DNA from: Camelus ferus
Taxonomy: Eukaryota
Direction of reading: 5' to 3'
Assembly (NCBI RefSeq): GCF_009834535.1
Contig: NC_045697.1
Location: 50,966,001 to 51,030,000, forward strand
DNA: 64,000 nt
The translations under genes were made by a program, and so were the position numbers. Every line of letters begins with the position of its first letter. Position 1 is the first letter of the stretch. The notes beneath the pieces were generated by a model, which saw only the letters and a list, made by a program, of their open reading frames with translations, was not told the origin of the DNA and ran no database searches. Below are positions 1 to 14,400 of this stretch, one piece after another.

Positions 1-477
1 ATGTTTTGTTGTTCTCTTAGCATTTTTCGCTATGTAAAGTCAGCATGTTTCTTTATTTGCTCTTTTGGTTTGTGGGTGGTTGTTTTGGTTTTTTTTTTTT
101 TCCAATCTTCTTCCTCCAGAAACTAAGTCCCATTACTGCAGGGGCCTCAGCGGTTTTAAGTCTTGCAGTATCTCTAGCATCTATTACATTATCTGTTACA
201 TGGTAATCCCTCAATAAACTTTTTGTTGATGATGGTCATGGGAGTATCCAACCTCAAAAAACTAAGTCATGACTTTAGTATCTTGCCTTGATGTGTTACC
301 CTTAGTACTGTTTTATACCTAGGAGTAAGGCGATTATCTGCATCAGGGCTTCTCGCTCCTTAACCTATATCCCAGTTTCCCGAGGATTTTGGTCAAAATA
401 TAGATTCTGATTTCTAACAGATATCTCCCAGGCATTCAGACAATATGTGGATAGAAGGGTTCATCCTTAAATTCCAT

Positions 478-850
478 GATAGGCAGAATATTGGCCACCC
501 AAAAATGTCACTTCCTAATCCCCTGAACCTTTGAATATTTTACATTACGTGACAAAAGGGAACTAAGGTTACAGATGGAATTAAGGGTACTAATCAGCTG
601 ACTTCAAAATATGGAGGCTAGCCAGATGAGCCTGACATGATCACCATGGTCCTTAAATGTGGGAGAGGAGGAGAGCTATGTGGACAGAGTCCATATCAGA
701 GTGAGGGAGTAAGAATGACTCCCTGGCCATTGCTGGCTTTGAAGATGGAAAAGGGGACCTGAAGGCAAGGAATCTGGGCAGACTGTGGAGCCTGGAGAAA
801 GCAAGGGAATGTATCCCCCTGAGAACCTCCAGAAGGAATTCCTCACAAGG
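478..850 (+). mobile_element. MLT1 (ERVL-MaLR) solo LTR remnant, MLT1D/E-like
   Basis: Starts aggcagaatattggccacccaaaaatgtca...cctaatcccctgaacct and contains ggaattaagg...aatcagctgac and tgctggctttgaagatgga, recognisable MLT1 consensus motifs; boundaries approximate. Confidence 0.75.
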
Positions 851-1065
851 AATGTCTGCAAGGACAGTGTTCTCAGGCCTCTTACTTCAGTGACAGAGGG
901 GATGGATGGAGGAGGCAGAAGCTTTGGTAGGCCAGTTAAGTGTAACCATTTTAGTTTCAGTTGGAATGACCACCTATTTCAACCTGCAGTCTGCCAGAGA
1001 GAGACTTCCCTTCCCCTGAAAGGATACGATCACCAGGATTCTCAGCACCCTCAGATCTAAGAGAA

Positions 1066-1235
1066 TGGATCTCAAAGTGTGGTCTCTGGACTAGCAGCAT
1101 CAGAATCACCTGGCAACATGTTAGAAATGCAAATTCTCAGGACCCCCCTAGACATAACTCAGTAAGAAACTTTGGAGGTGCCGTTCACGATCTGTTTCAA
1201 CAAGCCCTTCAGGCAATTCCAGTTTTAGACCACCT
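1066..1235 (+). mobile_element. MER5A (hAT-Charlie) DNA transposon relic
   Basis: ctcaaagtgtggtc...cagcatcagaatcacctgg...ttagaaatgcaaattctcagg...aacaagccc resembles MER5A. Confidence 0.75.
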
Positions 1236-4200
1236 ATAATATAGCACATGGACCACCACATTTCATGTTGTCCACACATATGGGAACACATAATTTTTTC
1301 TGTAGTTTTCAAACAGTATTTTCTTGGGCTCTAAATGTTCCTTTGTTATCTACAATCCACTACAACAAAAAAAGACTATTTCATCAAAGTGGGGGTCAAG
1401 TCCCTGCTTTGGATTAGAACAGAAATATAAAAATCTGATGTTCGAGAATTGTTAGGGCTGTGAGCCAGAGATCATCCTTCTCTGTGTTTTACACCAGATG
1501 AGGAGACTAGAGAGCATGGACTTGCTTCATTCTTTCCTCTCCGTCCACAAACTGCTTGGGCCGCCCCTAAGAAGTCAGCTGCATATGATAACAGAAACCA
1601 AAGTCTGATGTGGAGGCAGCTCTAACTAGAATAATAGGCTGTGAATTTTAAAAAAATTTTTTTTCATAAAAATCTTCCATGGAGGGAAAGGGAAGCTAAA
1701 CCATAGAGAGAAAGGGAGTAGTAAGTGTCTTCCATTTTTCCGGGGTTGTTGGAAAACATGCTAGTGTGTTAAAGTATCAAGTACTGACAGTTACCCTTAT
1801 AGAATGAGTCTCTTATAAGTCAGATACCAAACCTAAGCACATCCCAGTCTTCTTCAGAAGCACTAGGTTTTAATAAAGGATGCCTCTCCCTGTGATCCCC
1901 TCTTCATGTCTTGTCAACCTCTAGTGACAGTTGTTCTGAGTAGCTAAAGCCCCTTTCTCAAATGATGAAGTTTTCATAATCAAGAAAACATTTTGAATGT
2001 TTTTGAATCAAGCAACCAGTCATTGGTCACCTCAAGTTTCTTTTTAATACTGTGAAATTATTCCTTAATTTTTAATCCTTGTGCTCTTATCTGTGTTCTA
2101 GGAGTTGAGGACCTGAGAAAGGCTGACAAATCTATCCACTAATGACTCCAGGCCCATTGTTCACAGGGGTGATTTGAAAAGATGAATGCCGGGGAATTAT
2201 GAAAGTCACAGAATGGCCAAAAGCAGCCAGCGGGGTGGTTATGTGGCAGAGGGGAGGCAAGTCTGGTTATATTACCTTATTGATTAGATTACTAATAGAT
2301 TTCAGGAAACTCCCAGGTCCTTTTTATCATCAGTTGCCAGCACTGATGAGAGAATTAGGGTCTTAGGACAGAACTGCCTGGAAGAACAAGGTAAACAGAT
2401 CACAGGCACCACCATCCCAGCCACAACAATAATTAATGAACTTGAGCAGAGCTGCTAGAGATGTTAAAAACCCTTCCTTTTCAAAAAAAAAAAAAAAAAA
2501 AAAAGGGCAGCCCTTCAAAGGAAGTCAGGAGAGTTAGACAAATTCAGGTCTCCTTGATCATTTAGGTTTTGCATTTTTACTTCAATTGAAATAGCCCTCC
2601 TATTCCCAGCTTCTCAGTATTCAAACTGCGCAACCCAATCCCTTCATTTGCAATGGAAATGAATAACCTCCTTTGCTAGCTGAGGAGAGTCTCTAAGCAA
2701 AGGTTGAAAAGCAGTCTTCTTTCCTCATCATTTGATTCGGGAGATGAGGCCAAAGGCAGAAAGACTCAGAGCTGTAGCCATATATGGAAGAGGGGTTGCA
2801 GGAGTTTGCAATTTTAATTCCAGGATTCAAGTTGACAGTAATGAAGGATAAAGTGGGTTAAGAGAATTCTGCTAATGCTTGCAGACGTCAGCAATATGGA
2901 ATGATGATTTGTCTTGGCAAATACCTTAATGAGGTTTTACTTCCTCTTTTCTGTTGTCTTCATTTCTTGGGTCACATTTCTAAAAACATATGGGAGTTTA
3001 TATTACATCTTTACGGAAGTAAAATCGTGACAACATTGTAAATGTTTTATGTACTTATTACATAGAGTTTGGAAAGTATACAGAGCTACAACACAGAAAA
3101 TTTTAAAATTACCACCTTACTTCCCAGAAAATGATCAATTTGCTTTTTTACATGTTAATATGTTTTTTTTAATAAAAGTACCTATGAATTAAGTTTTAAA
3201 TGCAGTTTTTTGAATCTGACATTATAATTGTTAAGCTCACGTCTAAAATTTAACATTATGAACAAAATTGATGGGGAAGGAAATAAATGCATAAGAGAGC
3301 AAGCTAGTATTTTTATTCTGCCTCAATTTTTCATCTTTTGAAGAGACTCTTGCAAGTGTTTTAGGTCCCTGCTCTTAAACATGGCAACACCAGCAGTATG
3401 CTGTTTCTGGTGTAGCTCAGGGGCTGCCTGGCTTGGAGCCTGAATATTTTTCAGCAAGTCTCCAAGAGGCAGAAACAACACAAGCTCAGGAAGCACAGCC
3501 ATGGCCAAAGACACCTATGGTGAACCACACTGGGTTGTGTTTTCCACTGAAGTTTATTTTGTGTCATGTGGTAGTCTCTGAAGTTTGTGCTCGGCTACAA
3601 CATACAGCAGTGTTTCTGACTTGCCTTTATTAGGTCCAACTTGTAAGAATCACTTAGTAAAGAGTGAGACAGGGCTTTTTTGTTCTGTTTTCTTTTGTGG
3701 GTTTTTTTGTTTGTTTGTTTGTTTTGTTTCCAGGAAAGGGATGAGACATCCACTTCATTATGCTGTAAATTACCAAAATGAGAGAATTGGTATGGTAACT
3801 AAAACTTGACGTTCTATCGATGCAGAGCATAATCACTTCTACCCATCACACTGTCCAGTGTCCATGCATATCACAGTTTATAAAATCAAATAAATGTTTT
3901 CTTCCGGCCAGCCAAATAGCGTGGTAAGACTGAGGAACTCATTCTTTGCTAAGTCCATTATTCACAACAGACGTCAGAATGTGGGTAATTCCCATCTGCT
4001 GAGCAGATGCAATTCAGACCACAAAGTGCAAAGTACACCTAAGAATTTTACAGTCAGCTCTGGGTCCACTATTACTCATTAAAACTGAGCCAGGAGCCTT
4101 AAAGGAACAGGGAACCTTAAAGGAAGAGGGGCCCTGGCATCCTTCCCCTACACCTATCGCCCCTGTGTTAAGTCTCTCCCTGATTAGCGCTCATCCGGGA

Positions 4201-5900
4201 GCCATAATGGATAATTCTGGGTGTCCATTGGCATCTATCAGAATCCTCTCTCTGCACTGCCAATGTGCGTTGCCAGTTTCTATCCTGGGGAAGTTTATGA
4301 TTCTATGCGTTCGTCTAGTTAGAATTACCATTTTTATGGAAGTTTGTTATCCCTTAGTTTTGTTAAAAACACTATTCATGTTATATACTGTGTGATAATA
4401 TTTTTTTAAATCCTTGTTTTATATATTATGATATAGTATCTCATGTTCCCCAAAAACAAGCTCTTAGGAAATCAATTTATGTATCACACATAAAGTATAT
4501 AGGCTGTTTGTATTGTGTCGACTTCTTGGGTGTCCCTGTGGCTTCCAGACATCAAAAATTTGTAGACTGAGAAGACTGGATATGGAATCCATTTCTTATC
4601 ATCCATTTTATAGCTTTTGGCAATTGAATATTTAGGGCAATTGAACAGTTGCCAAGCAGTCTGGTCTAGGTGGGTGAGGCTCTACAGGGCTGAGAGGGAA
4701 AGATACACAGATGATGTTCCCCCCTTGTTTATGAGGTAGGGAGGCCCATAGGGAACATTTAAGTGGGTCCTAAGAGACTCTGTTACACTTACCATTGCCA
4801 AGTCACCACATATATTAAATCAATGTCCCCTTTCCTGACTGCGGGCTGCCTAGATAACATTTTAGTGACTGCCTTTGGATCTCTTAAACCAAATAATTCC
4901 TATATTTATTTTAGGTCTTTTCTAGACTTCAAATTCTTCTATATATGAGGGACTTCTGATCGCCTTTCCACAGAACATAGCCTTTACCCTCTACCCGAGT
5001 ACCACTGTAGTGGTTCCACTCATCTTGCTGCCTCCATGTTGTTCTGTCCTAAGTCTGTCTTAAGCCCCCTGGTGGCCCTTAGGAGTATCATATCTTCCTC
5101 TCACCTGAACCTCCAGTAACTGCCCATTGCCTGCAGTGTGGTTTACAAGGTTCCTGCCTGCTTCTTCATCACTCACCAATCCCCATTTTACATGCTCTGC
5201 TCTTAGAATCCCAATTCTTTGAGCTTTCTCCCAAATAGAACTATAGCAATATCTCAAATGTCTTTGTTAATATTTTCCTTGCCTCGTAAGCTCTTCACAT
5301 TCTTCTTGCTTAATCTTTCCCCTCCGAAGTGCACCACAGGCAGCATCTGTTCCTTGAAGCTCTCACCCACCCTCAGAGTCCGACTGAGGCCTCTTGTGAG
5401 CTCACACAACAAATGAATGAATGAATGACCATTAGGGCAGGTCTTCTGTTAGAGGACAAATTGTGCAGCAGTCAGCAGATGTCGATTTGACAATAACTTT
5501 GACAATAACTTGACAATAACTCTTCAGCTCCCTGTGCCCCTAACAACAACAAGTCAAATTAGAATGTTGCAGGCTATAATTTATCCCCAGTATTCTGTTG
5601 GATCTATTGTTTCATTAGGTACATAAACCAATCATCTTCGGACGTTCCTCTGGTAAGGTACATATGATTAAAATGTGATGATGTTTTAATACTTGGAATG
5701 CATTCACCAGAAAATTTCTCACTTTATTGTACCATTTAATGTACCTAATTTTATCCCCACACTATTTTAGTGAACTCTACTCATCTTCCGCATTCCAAAA
5801 TCTTTCAAAGTGCCATTGATAGCCAGAAAGATCCTGCCTGTGGTAAGAAAATATGGAAGACTGCCATAATATTCAGCTACCCTGCATTACACATGCTCTA

Positions 5901-6108
5901 TGGATTGGCCAACAACCTCTGTAAAGGGCCAGATAATAAATATTTGAGGCTTTGTGGGCCATATGGTTTGTGTCACCACTACTCAACTCTGCAGTCATAG
6001 AAGGAAAGCAGCTACAGACAATAAGCAAGCAAATTGGTGTGGCTATGTGCCAATAAAACTTTATTTATAAAAACAGGTGGCCTGGGACCAGAGTTTGCTG
6101 ACTCCCTA
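5901..6108 (+). mobile_element. MER58A (hAT-Charlie) DNA transposon relic
   Basis: ctgtaaagggccagataataaatattt...ggctttgtgggccatatgg...ccaataaaactttatttataaaaacagg...gtttgctgactccct. Confidence 0.8.
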
Positions 6109-7024
6109 GGTCATCTGGAGACTTATTTCTACGGAGAAATATTTAGTCGGGTTCTGTTCAGATAAAGAAACATTTTCTAAGTAGCTTGTTTCCAGAGAAT
6201 AACCTTTCTAATTAAACATAGTTCTGAGGTAAATACTTCGAAGGATACTTGTACCCTACCTTGTCGTGCAGTTTTATTAGAAACAGAAGCTGAGGGAATA
6301 AGATTATGTAAAAGTCCATCTGCTTTAATAACAACTCTCCCAGCTCAGCATATCAGGAGTCGCATCCCAAGTGACCTGGAAACTTCCGTTTGCTTCCCTG
6401 GCACCCAATAATGAGAGGGATAAAAGTGTTCATGCTTTTTACCAGTACGTTAATTTTTAGAAACTATCCCACAGAAATGACTTCAATGAAGCAAAATCCT
6501 TCATGTGCCCAGTGATATTTAGAACAGAAATATTCACTAACACTGAAATTCTAAAGTAAGTCAATTGGGAACTGGAACAATAGCGTGGAGGAATTCTGTA
6601 GAATTTTCTTTTAATGTGGTGTTGGTGTGGAGAGTGTTGATCCTTGGAAATGTGCACATTAAGAATTACAAGTGGGAAAGTCAAATGCAAAGTATGTTTA
6701 CATGATCTCAAACATAAAAATCAATATACACGAATTCTGTCATTTGGGATGTATAAATGTGGATTGAATCAGAGCCTACTAGGAGCAAGTCTGCTCTAAG
6801 CTCTGGGAAGATAGCAATGAATAAAATAGACAAAATCTCCTCCCCTCATGGAGCCAGTATTCTTATGGGAGGAAGACAGATATTGAGGATCAAAGGGATT
6901 TTAGTGATTGATATATTTGAAAGTTTAATATAAGATTTCTCCCCCATAAAATTGCTTATACAAAAAAGGCTTTCCATTCTTTGTCTGATTTTTGTTTTGT
7001 TTTAGAAATAAGAATTTTTCTGAT

Positions 7025-7690
7025 CATTTCAATCAACCAGTATTTGTTGACTTCTTAGGACATGCCAGGCTCTCTTCCAGGCACACAAAACATAGCATGA
7101 ACAAAACACACAAGCATGCCTGTAATCTTGGAGGTACAGTCTAGCGGGGGAGACAACATAAGATAAATAAGTAAAATACATACAAGGTGACCAAAGGGCG
7201 GAGGTAAGGAGGAAAGTGGGAGATGAATGCTGGGAGAAGACAGACTCAGATTGGGTTGTCAAGAAGGTCTCCTTGGAGTAGTTAAAGAAAATGAATGCAT
7301 AACAGTGTGATGGTGCAGGGAGATCCTTCTGGGCAGAAGGGCCAACAAGTATGAAGACCGGGAGGTGAGAATGTTCCCAGAATGCTCAAGGAACGTCAAG
7401 GAGTAGTGAGTGGAGGAGAGAAGTAAAAATGGGATGGAAGGTGTAACAGCGACCAGATCACAACTGGCCTTGGAAGTCATTGGCTTCATTCTAACAATGA
7501 AGCTATTGGCTTTTATTCTAATAATGAGAAGATATTTGGAAAGTTTTGAGCAAAGGAGAGAGATGATCAGGTTTTCATGAAAATAAGCTCCTGCTGTTGA
7601 GAATAGACAACAGATATGGGGAGTCTGTTAGGAGACTGATGCAATAATCCAGGTGTGAGAAGATAGCTTGGACCAGCAGGGAAGGTGAGA
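7025..7690 (-). mobile_element. L2 LINE 3' fragment
   Basis: L2 3'-end signature (tcaatcaaccagtatttgttga...ccaggc) followed by a purine-rich L2 body ending gcaataatccaggtgtgagaagat...ttggaccag. Confidence 0.7.
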
Positions 7691-8210
7691 CAGGCATCTT
7701 TAGCTGTGGTGGCACAGAAGGAGAGATGGCAGGAACCAGTGTTCCCACTGCTAGAGCCCATCTACCACAAAGGGTGAGATGCTAGGAGCAATGACCATTC
7801 CTGAACATTGCTGCATCCCCAGTGGGAGGAACAATCTCAGGTGTATACTAGGGAGGGGCTTAACTTAGGTTGATGAAATGTTGCAAAATAAAAAAGGAAT
7901 GTGAAACAAAGTCTGTTTTATGACTGCCTCCTGCTATAGAACACTCTCCTCACTACTTCTGTCTGTAGTCATTTTCCTTTCTTCAGTTATTTATTTATAA
8001 ATTAGCACCTTCAGCATTTGTTGAGGTCCTAAGAAGGCTTCAGCTTTCAATGGCCTATGTTAAAATGACAGAACAGTAAAGATTCCAGTGAACTATGTCT
8101 TTCTGTCTCATACATTTATGAACTGAAAGCATCATTATTGCCTTTTACCATCAAAGAGCCTAAGACTAATTCTAACTGAATGTAATGCTTTTTTTTTTTT
8201 TTTTTTTTAG

Positions 8211-8289
8211 GGAACAACTTAATTCTTTATTGAAGACCTATAACATCTTTTATAAGAACCAGAAAAACCTGCATATTGTATATGGACAG
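8211..8289 (+). CDS. RASSF6: RASSF6 coding exon (79 nt): (R)[26 protein letters not shown]
   Basis: Poly-T tract + ag acceptor at 8209-8210, gtaggt donor at 8290. Confidence 0.95.
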
Positions 8290-11200
8290 GTAGGTCTGTC
8301 AAAGACATGCAGTATAGTTTGAGTTTGAGTCACAGGAAAAAGAAAATCCGTAAAAGCACAGAGGAGTCAGGGTAAGTTGGAGTCCACAGCCCAGCAGCAC
8401 AAATGGTCTGGGAGAAACAATTAAACATGATCTTTAACTTGATCATGATTCGTATTTTTAGATTGTATCACAAAATCCCAGTCCTGGAACATCTGTGACT
8501 TACTAAGCTTCTTTGGAATAGGAAAACATTTTAAAATAATTTTGATGACATATTTGCTTTCTACTTTGAAAACAGGATATGAATATCTTTTGAACAGCAA
8601 TTTCTCTAGAAATCTAACCTAGAATTTTCTTACAAATGTACCAGATACATATAGAAGGATATTCATGGTGATATCATTTATAATGGAAAAAAATTTTGAA
8701 GATATCTTCAGTCCCAAACAATGAAAGACTATTCAAATAAATTATGACATAGCTGTCGTTTGATTTGGTTGTCAAAAATGAATGAGTTAGATTCAAATGA
8801 ATGTGTACTATGTCATAATAATAACAAATTTTAAAACATTAGAGAAACAGTTTTAAAATGTTAAACAATTCAGCAAAGTCCTGAGTCTAGAAAGCATTTT
8901 TTAAGGGTGCAACTGGCAGGCTACTGTAGAAACTGGCCTTATTATTATTTTTTTAATGCCTCATTCTCCACTCAGTCTTGTTTTCTAATGGGGCTCACTT
9001 CACATCTTTACAATATCTTCCTGGTCCCAGGGAACATTAGAACTTTTTCCCTAGGTTTCAGATCTTCAGATATGGTGGTACAACATTGACAACTTAAATC
9101 AGCAGTTGGGACAGAAGGAAATTTACAAACCACTCTAGCCTTTACTAGGGAGATTAAGTGATTTAGCTTGATTGAATATTTCAAACACCTTTTCAAATGT
9201 GGTAATATGCAGAAGTAGGAAATAACTAACCCCTTTATAAAGAAGAGGATCTAACTTTAAACTATTTCAATACTGTCCTATATCTTAGATCTCTAATATA
9301 TGTAATTGTGAAAGTATAAAATTTAGGAAAAATCAAAACTTTAATAAAATGTTGCAGAATAAAAAAGGAATGTGAATAGTTTCCACAAAATTCATTATAT
9401 TAAGTTAGTTTCCTTTAGGAAAATGTTTGAATTTTTATGAAAATACAAGCTGAAGCACATTCTGCCCTATTTGGTGAATCAGTGCTCAGTTTACATCACT
9501 TTATTTTTTAAAATAATGTCTTATGTGTTACATAATATTTCAAAATTGTATGAAGTAAACTATACAGTGAGAAAATCTGTCCATCTTTACTCACCACCAT
9601 TAAAGTTAGAATTCCAAAATTTTCCAAGTCTCTGACTTACCTACAGTGATGGATACTGTTCAAGGGGGGAGGTCCATGGAGAATAACATGTACCTTTCTT
9701 AATCTCTGATTAATTAACAAATATTTATTGTATACCATATGCCAGACACTGTTCTAAAAGCTAGAGATATAGCAATGAAGAAACTAGACAGAATGTCTTG
9801 CCTTCCTGCTGCTTACGTTTTTAGTTGAAAAAACAAAAAAGCAAAATGTGTAGTATATTAGATGATGATAAAGGCTGTGGAGAGTACCAGTATGCCAGAA
9901 AGTAATATAACATTGAAAATCAACTGTACTTCAATTTTTTTAAAAAATAGCAGAAGCAAAAGAATGAACCTGGAGGAATAATCCTCCCAGACTTCAGACA
10001 ATACTACAGAGCAACAGTCATCAAAACAGTGTAATACTGGTACAGAAACAGACATGCGGATCAGTGGAACAGATAGAGACCTCAGAAATAAACCAACAAA
10101 CTTTTGGTCAATTAATCTTTGACAAAGGAGGCAAGACTATACACAATGGAGAAAAGACAATCTCTTCAGCAAATGGTGTTGGGAAAATTGGACAGCAGCA
10201 TGTGAATCAATGAAGTTAGAACACTCCCTCACATCACACACAAAAATAAACTTAAAATGGCTTAAAGACTTAAATGTGAGATAAGACATTATAAACTTCC
10301 TAGAAGAAAACATGGGCAAAACACTCTTTGGATGAATCTTAGCAATGTTCTCCTAGGGCAGTCTACCCAGGCAATAGAAATAAAAACAAAAATAAACAAA
10401 TGGGACCTAATTAAACTTATAAGCTTTTGCACAGCAAAGGAAACCATAAGCAACCATAAGCAAAACAAAAAAACCACCTTCAGAATGCGAAAACATATTT
10501 GCAAATGATGTGACTGACAACAGTTTAATTTTCAGAATATATAAACAGCTCATAAAACTTGATAACAAAAACAAACAAACCAATCCAAAAATGGGCAGAA
10601 GACCTAAACAAACATTTCCCCAATGAAGACATACAAATGGCCAATAAGCACATGAAAAAATGCTCAATATGGCTAATTATCAGAGAAATGCAAATCAAAA
10701 CTACAATGAGGTATCACCTTACACCAGTCAGAATAGCCATCATTCAAAAGTCCTCAAATGATAAATGCTGGAGACGCTGTGGAGAAAAGGGAACCCCTCC
10801 TACACTGTTGATGGGAATGTAGTTTCGTGCAGCCATTGTAATGGAAAACAGTATGGAGATTCCTCAAAAAACTAAAAATAGAGTTACCATATGATCCAGC
10901 AATCCCACTCCTGGGCATATATCCAGAGAGAACTCTATTTCAAAAAGATACATTCACCCCAATGTTCATAGCAGCACTATTTACAATAGCCAAGACATGG
11001 AAGCAACCTAAATGTCTGTTGACAGATGACCAGATAAAGAAGTTGTGGTATATGTACAATGGAGTACTACTCAGCCAAATAAAATAAAATAAAATAAAAT
11101 AATACCATTTGCAGCAACATGGATGGACCTGGAGATCGTCATTCTAAGCGAAGCAAGCCAGAAAGACAAAGAAAAATATTATATAATATCACTCATATGT

Positions 11201-11426
11201 GGAATCTAAAAAAAGAAAAGACACTAATGAACTCATCTACAAAACAGAAACAGACTCACAGACATAGTAAACAATGTTACAGCTAGCAGGGGAAAGGCAA
11301 TGAGAAGGGATAAATTTGGGAGTTTGAGATTTGCAAGTATTAACTACTATATATAAAAACCAAATTTCTTCTGTATAGCACAGGGAACTATATTCAATAC
11401 TTGTAATAACCTTTAATGAGAATGAA

Positions 11427-11471
<45 letters not shown>

Positions 11472-14400
11472 CTGGGACATTATGTGGCACACCAGAAATT
11501 GACACATTGTAACTAACTATACTTTAATTAAAAATATATATTTACATCCACAGACTAAGTAAATGTTTAATCCTGTTTATTGATTTTTCTTTGTTTGTAT
11601 GGAATTTCCTTCTTATGTTTCATTTTCAGCTTAAAAGATTATTCAAGTGCTACTGAATTTTTAAAATTTTTTTCAAAAATATAATTTGTTATGCTTTTTA
11701 CACTGTTTTTACATACATTATTTTACTTGTTCTGCGTAACATTGTGAGCTAAAATTTTCCTGTTCAGAAATGAGAAAACAGCCACTAAACGAGTATCAGT
11801 AGCTGTTCTTCTGATTTCTACTTTAGTACAGTTTTTAATTCTGCTTTAATTTTAAATTAAATAGAATTAGAGAATTAAATTTCTACTTAATTGAAGAATC
11901 GAGAGTTCAGAAAGCACTTTAGCATACTATGCCCTCTGGTGGACATTTCATTACCATTGTGACTTACTTTGCTGGATAGAGCTGCTTTCAAAAATAAAAG
12001 AATGTTTCAAAAATAGAATTGATTGGTACATAAATTTAAAAGCCAAACAATCCCATCTGGGGATTTATTTTTTATCAGTTAAGATGTCTTACAGATTTCA
12101 TTTCTACATTTCAGTTAAAACATTTACCCGCCATAAATAGTACAAAAAAAATGTTTGAGATGATTGGTTTCTTCCCTAGACTGAAGATGGCAAACTAATT
12201 GTTGAAGGAATGTTGGACATTTTCTGGGGAGTAAAACGGCCTATACAGCTGAAAATACAAGATGAGAAGCAAATCCCTTCTTTCACTGTGCTCAAGTCAC
12301 CAGACGTCTTTTCCAAAAGGTGAGCTATCTTTTATGGTTTTCAGTCCTTAGAAAACGATCTTTGTGTTTACCTTTATTGTGTGCATTCTTGAGGATGAAA
12401 GCTCTGAAGCTTAAATACCGTCTCATCTAATCCCCCAACAACTCAAGGAAGTAGGTGTTCAGAAACCAGGGCTCTGAGAGGTTAGGTAATTTGTGCAAGA
12501 TCTGATACCACGCGCAGAGCTGGACTGGACCTCAGGTCTCTGGGCTCCAGAGTCCGTGCTCTGTCCTCTCTCCACATTCCTCCTTTCCGGGAAGACTGCA
12601 TTCTTTCACTAGAAAAGACAAAACGGAAAGGCAAGATTTCTTTAGCCCTGGCCTTGTTGCCAAAAGAAACAGGGATAAAATTTAAATTTCTCCTCTCCTT
12701 GGAACAAAGGACTTTTCCTGCTTTCTGGAAAGGAGACTTAACTAATGCTCCATCTGATTGCTGTGTCCTGTTGAACAGGATCAGAACAAAATGCATTTGA
12801 AGTGCAATAAATGTACACAGCAGTCTTCTGTGTGGGTTGAACATGTAAGTTGCACTGTTATTTTCATTATCCTTTATAATTTTTAGAAAAATTAATAAAT
12901 ATTCCCAAATAAATCATACATATAAATTTTTTGTTCTTCTCCTCTCTCCCTTCTTCCCTTCCTTTTTAATCCTGACTGTCTGACTCATCTCCTTCTGTGT
13001 ATACGTGGAGGTACCAAGCCTTCTCTTCATCCATCCTCCTGTCCATGACTAGATGAGTTCTAGTTAGGGAGAAGATGGAGAGAGAGCAGCCAGGACCTTT
13101 TCCTCAGTCTGACCTTAGGCCATAACTAAGGAAAATCAGAAGTCATCTTGAAGGAAGCCTCACTTTTCCTCTGGAGAAAACACTGAAGTCCTGCTGTATG
13201 ACTTGCACGTTGCCAGTTTTTCTCAAACGTGACGCTCCAGCAATTCTAAACACCTTGTAATTCCCTACACATCATGAAGTTTCTTACTTTCCTGACTCTG
13301 CCTTGAAGTCTACCTGCTTCTCGAAATCCTATTCGCACAACCCCTCCACCATTCCTTTCAGGTTCAGGTCTGTAATGTTATCCAGAAAGCCTTTCGTGAC
13401 CCTTCCGTCTGGAGTAGGTGCACTGATAACTTTTCTGTATCACTTTCAGAGCATGCCGTTCATTGTATTTTTATGCACCTGCCTCCCCCTCTAGCCTGTG
13501 AGCTTCTCAAGGGTGAAGGGCATGCCTTATTCATCTTTATCCCAGTGCCCAGCACAAAGAAGAAGCTCAAAATATAGTGTTGAATGCTGTCCACAGAATC
13601 CTGGTGGTTAACTTACCTCTGCTCTGTTATGTGAACTGTCTCCAGCTACCATGTGACTAGTCTCCTATCCAAGCTAACGATGGGCAAAGGGTCCAGGATG
13701 TATGAAAGGGCAGAAGAGGGACCAGAGACTTAGGCAGCCTGACAGAGCCCTGCATCTCTCACCTGCAGGAACTAGATGATTGACGGGGCTGATGATCTTA
13801 AATGACTAGGAGCATCATTTAAAAGTAGAAATTATCCCTGAGCTCTGATTTTAGGAAACTGTACAAGATATGAATTAGGAAAAATTAGCTATCATTCTTC
13901 ATATTACCTAAGAACTCAATTCAAATTCTTCTGAGCAGCCAGCTCCTTCTGATGCATTTTAATTATGTGAATTATGAAAACTTGATTAGTATGGAAAATT
14001 ATGAGAAGATGTCAAGGAGATGCAGTAAGCTACTTATCACATAAAGCCGTAATAATTTTAAATGGATATCCCAAGATAATTTTTTAATTTCTCAAATTAA
14101 AATTCAAAACACTTGTTCCTAGAAATGCTAAATTTGAGAATGAGTTTCAGGAGCCCAGGTAGACAAGTTATATTAATGTCTTTCCATATTCTATGGCAGA
14201 TTAGAGATGAACAGTCTCATGATGTATCTTCCATGGAATCCATTTGCCCTTTTTTCATTCTTTATCAGAACATTGCTGTGAATCAAACAGGAATTATCTC
14301 CTTTAAAATCAAAAAAGACTACCCTAGGAAACTTCGCTTGCCCTTTGCCACAGTCATGAGACTTGCTGGGAGAACATTTGAAGTGAAGTGTACACTTGCA

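Noticed and set aside
5487..5521. Three tandem copies of ttgacaataact; similar short duplications at 15832-15867 and 52556-52597
   Set aside because: Ordinary slippage duplications with no spacers; not CRISPR-like
1..8210. Search for the RASSF6 first coding exon ([22 protein letters not shown]-like) and promoter
   Set aside because: No matching exon or CpG island recognised; probably upstream of the window
10559..10822. 87-aa ORF with real protein-like sequence
   Set aside because: Fragment of a disrupted L1 ORF2, not a host gene
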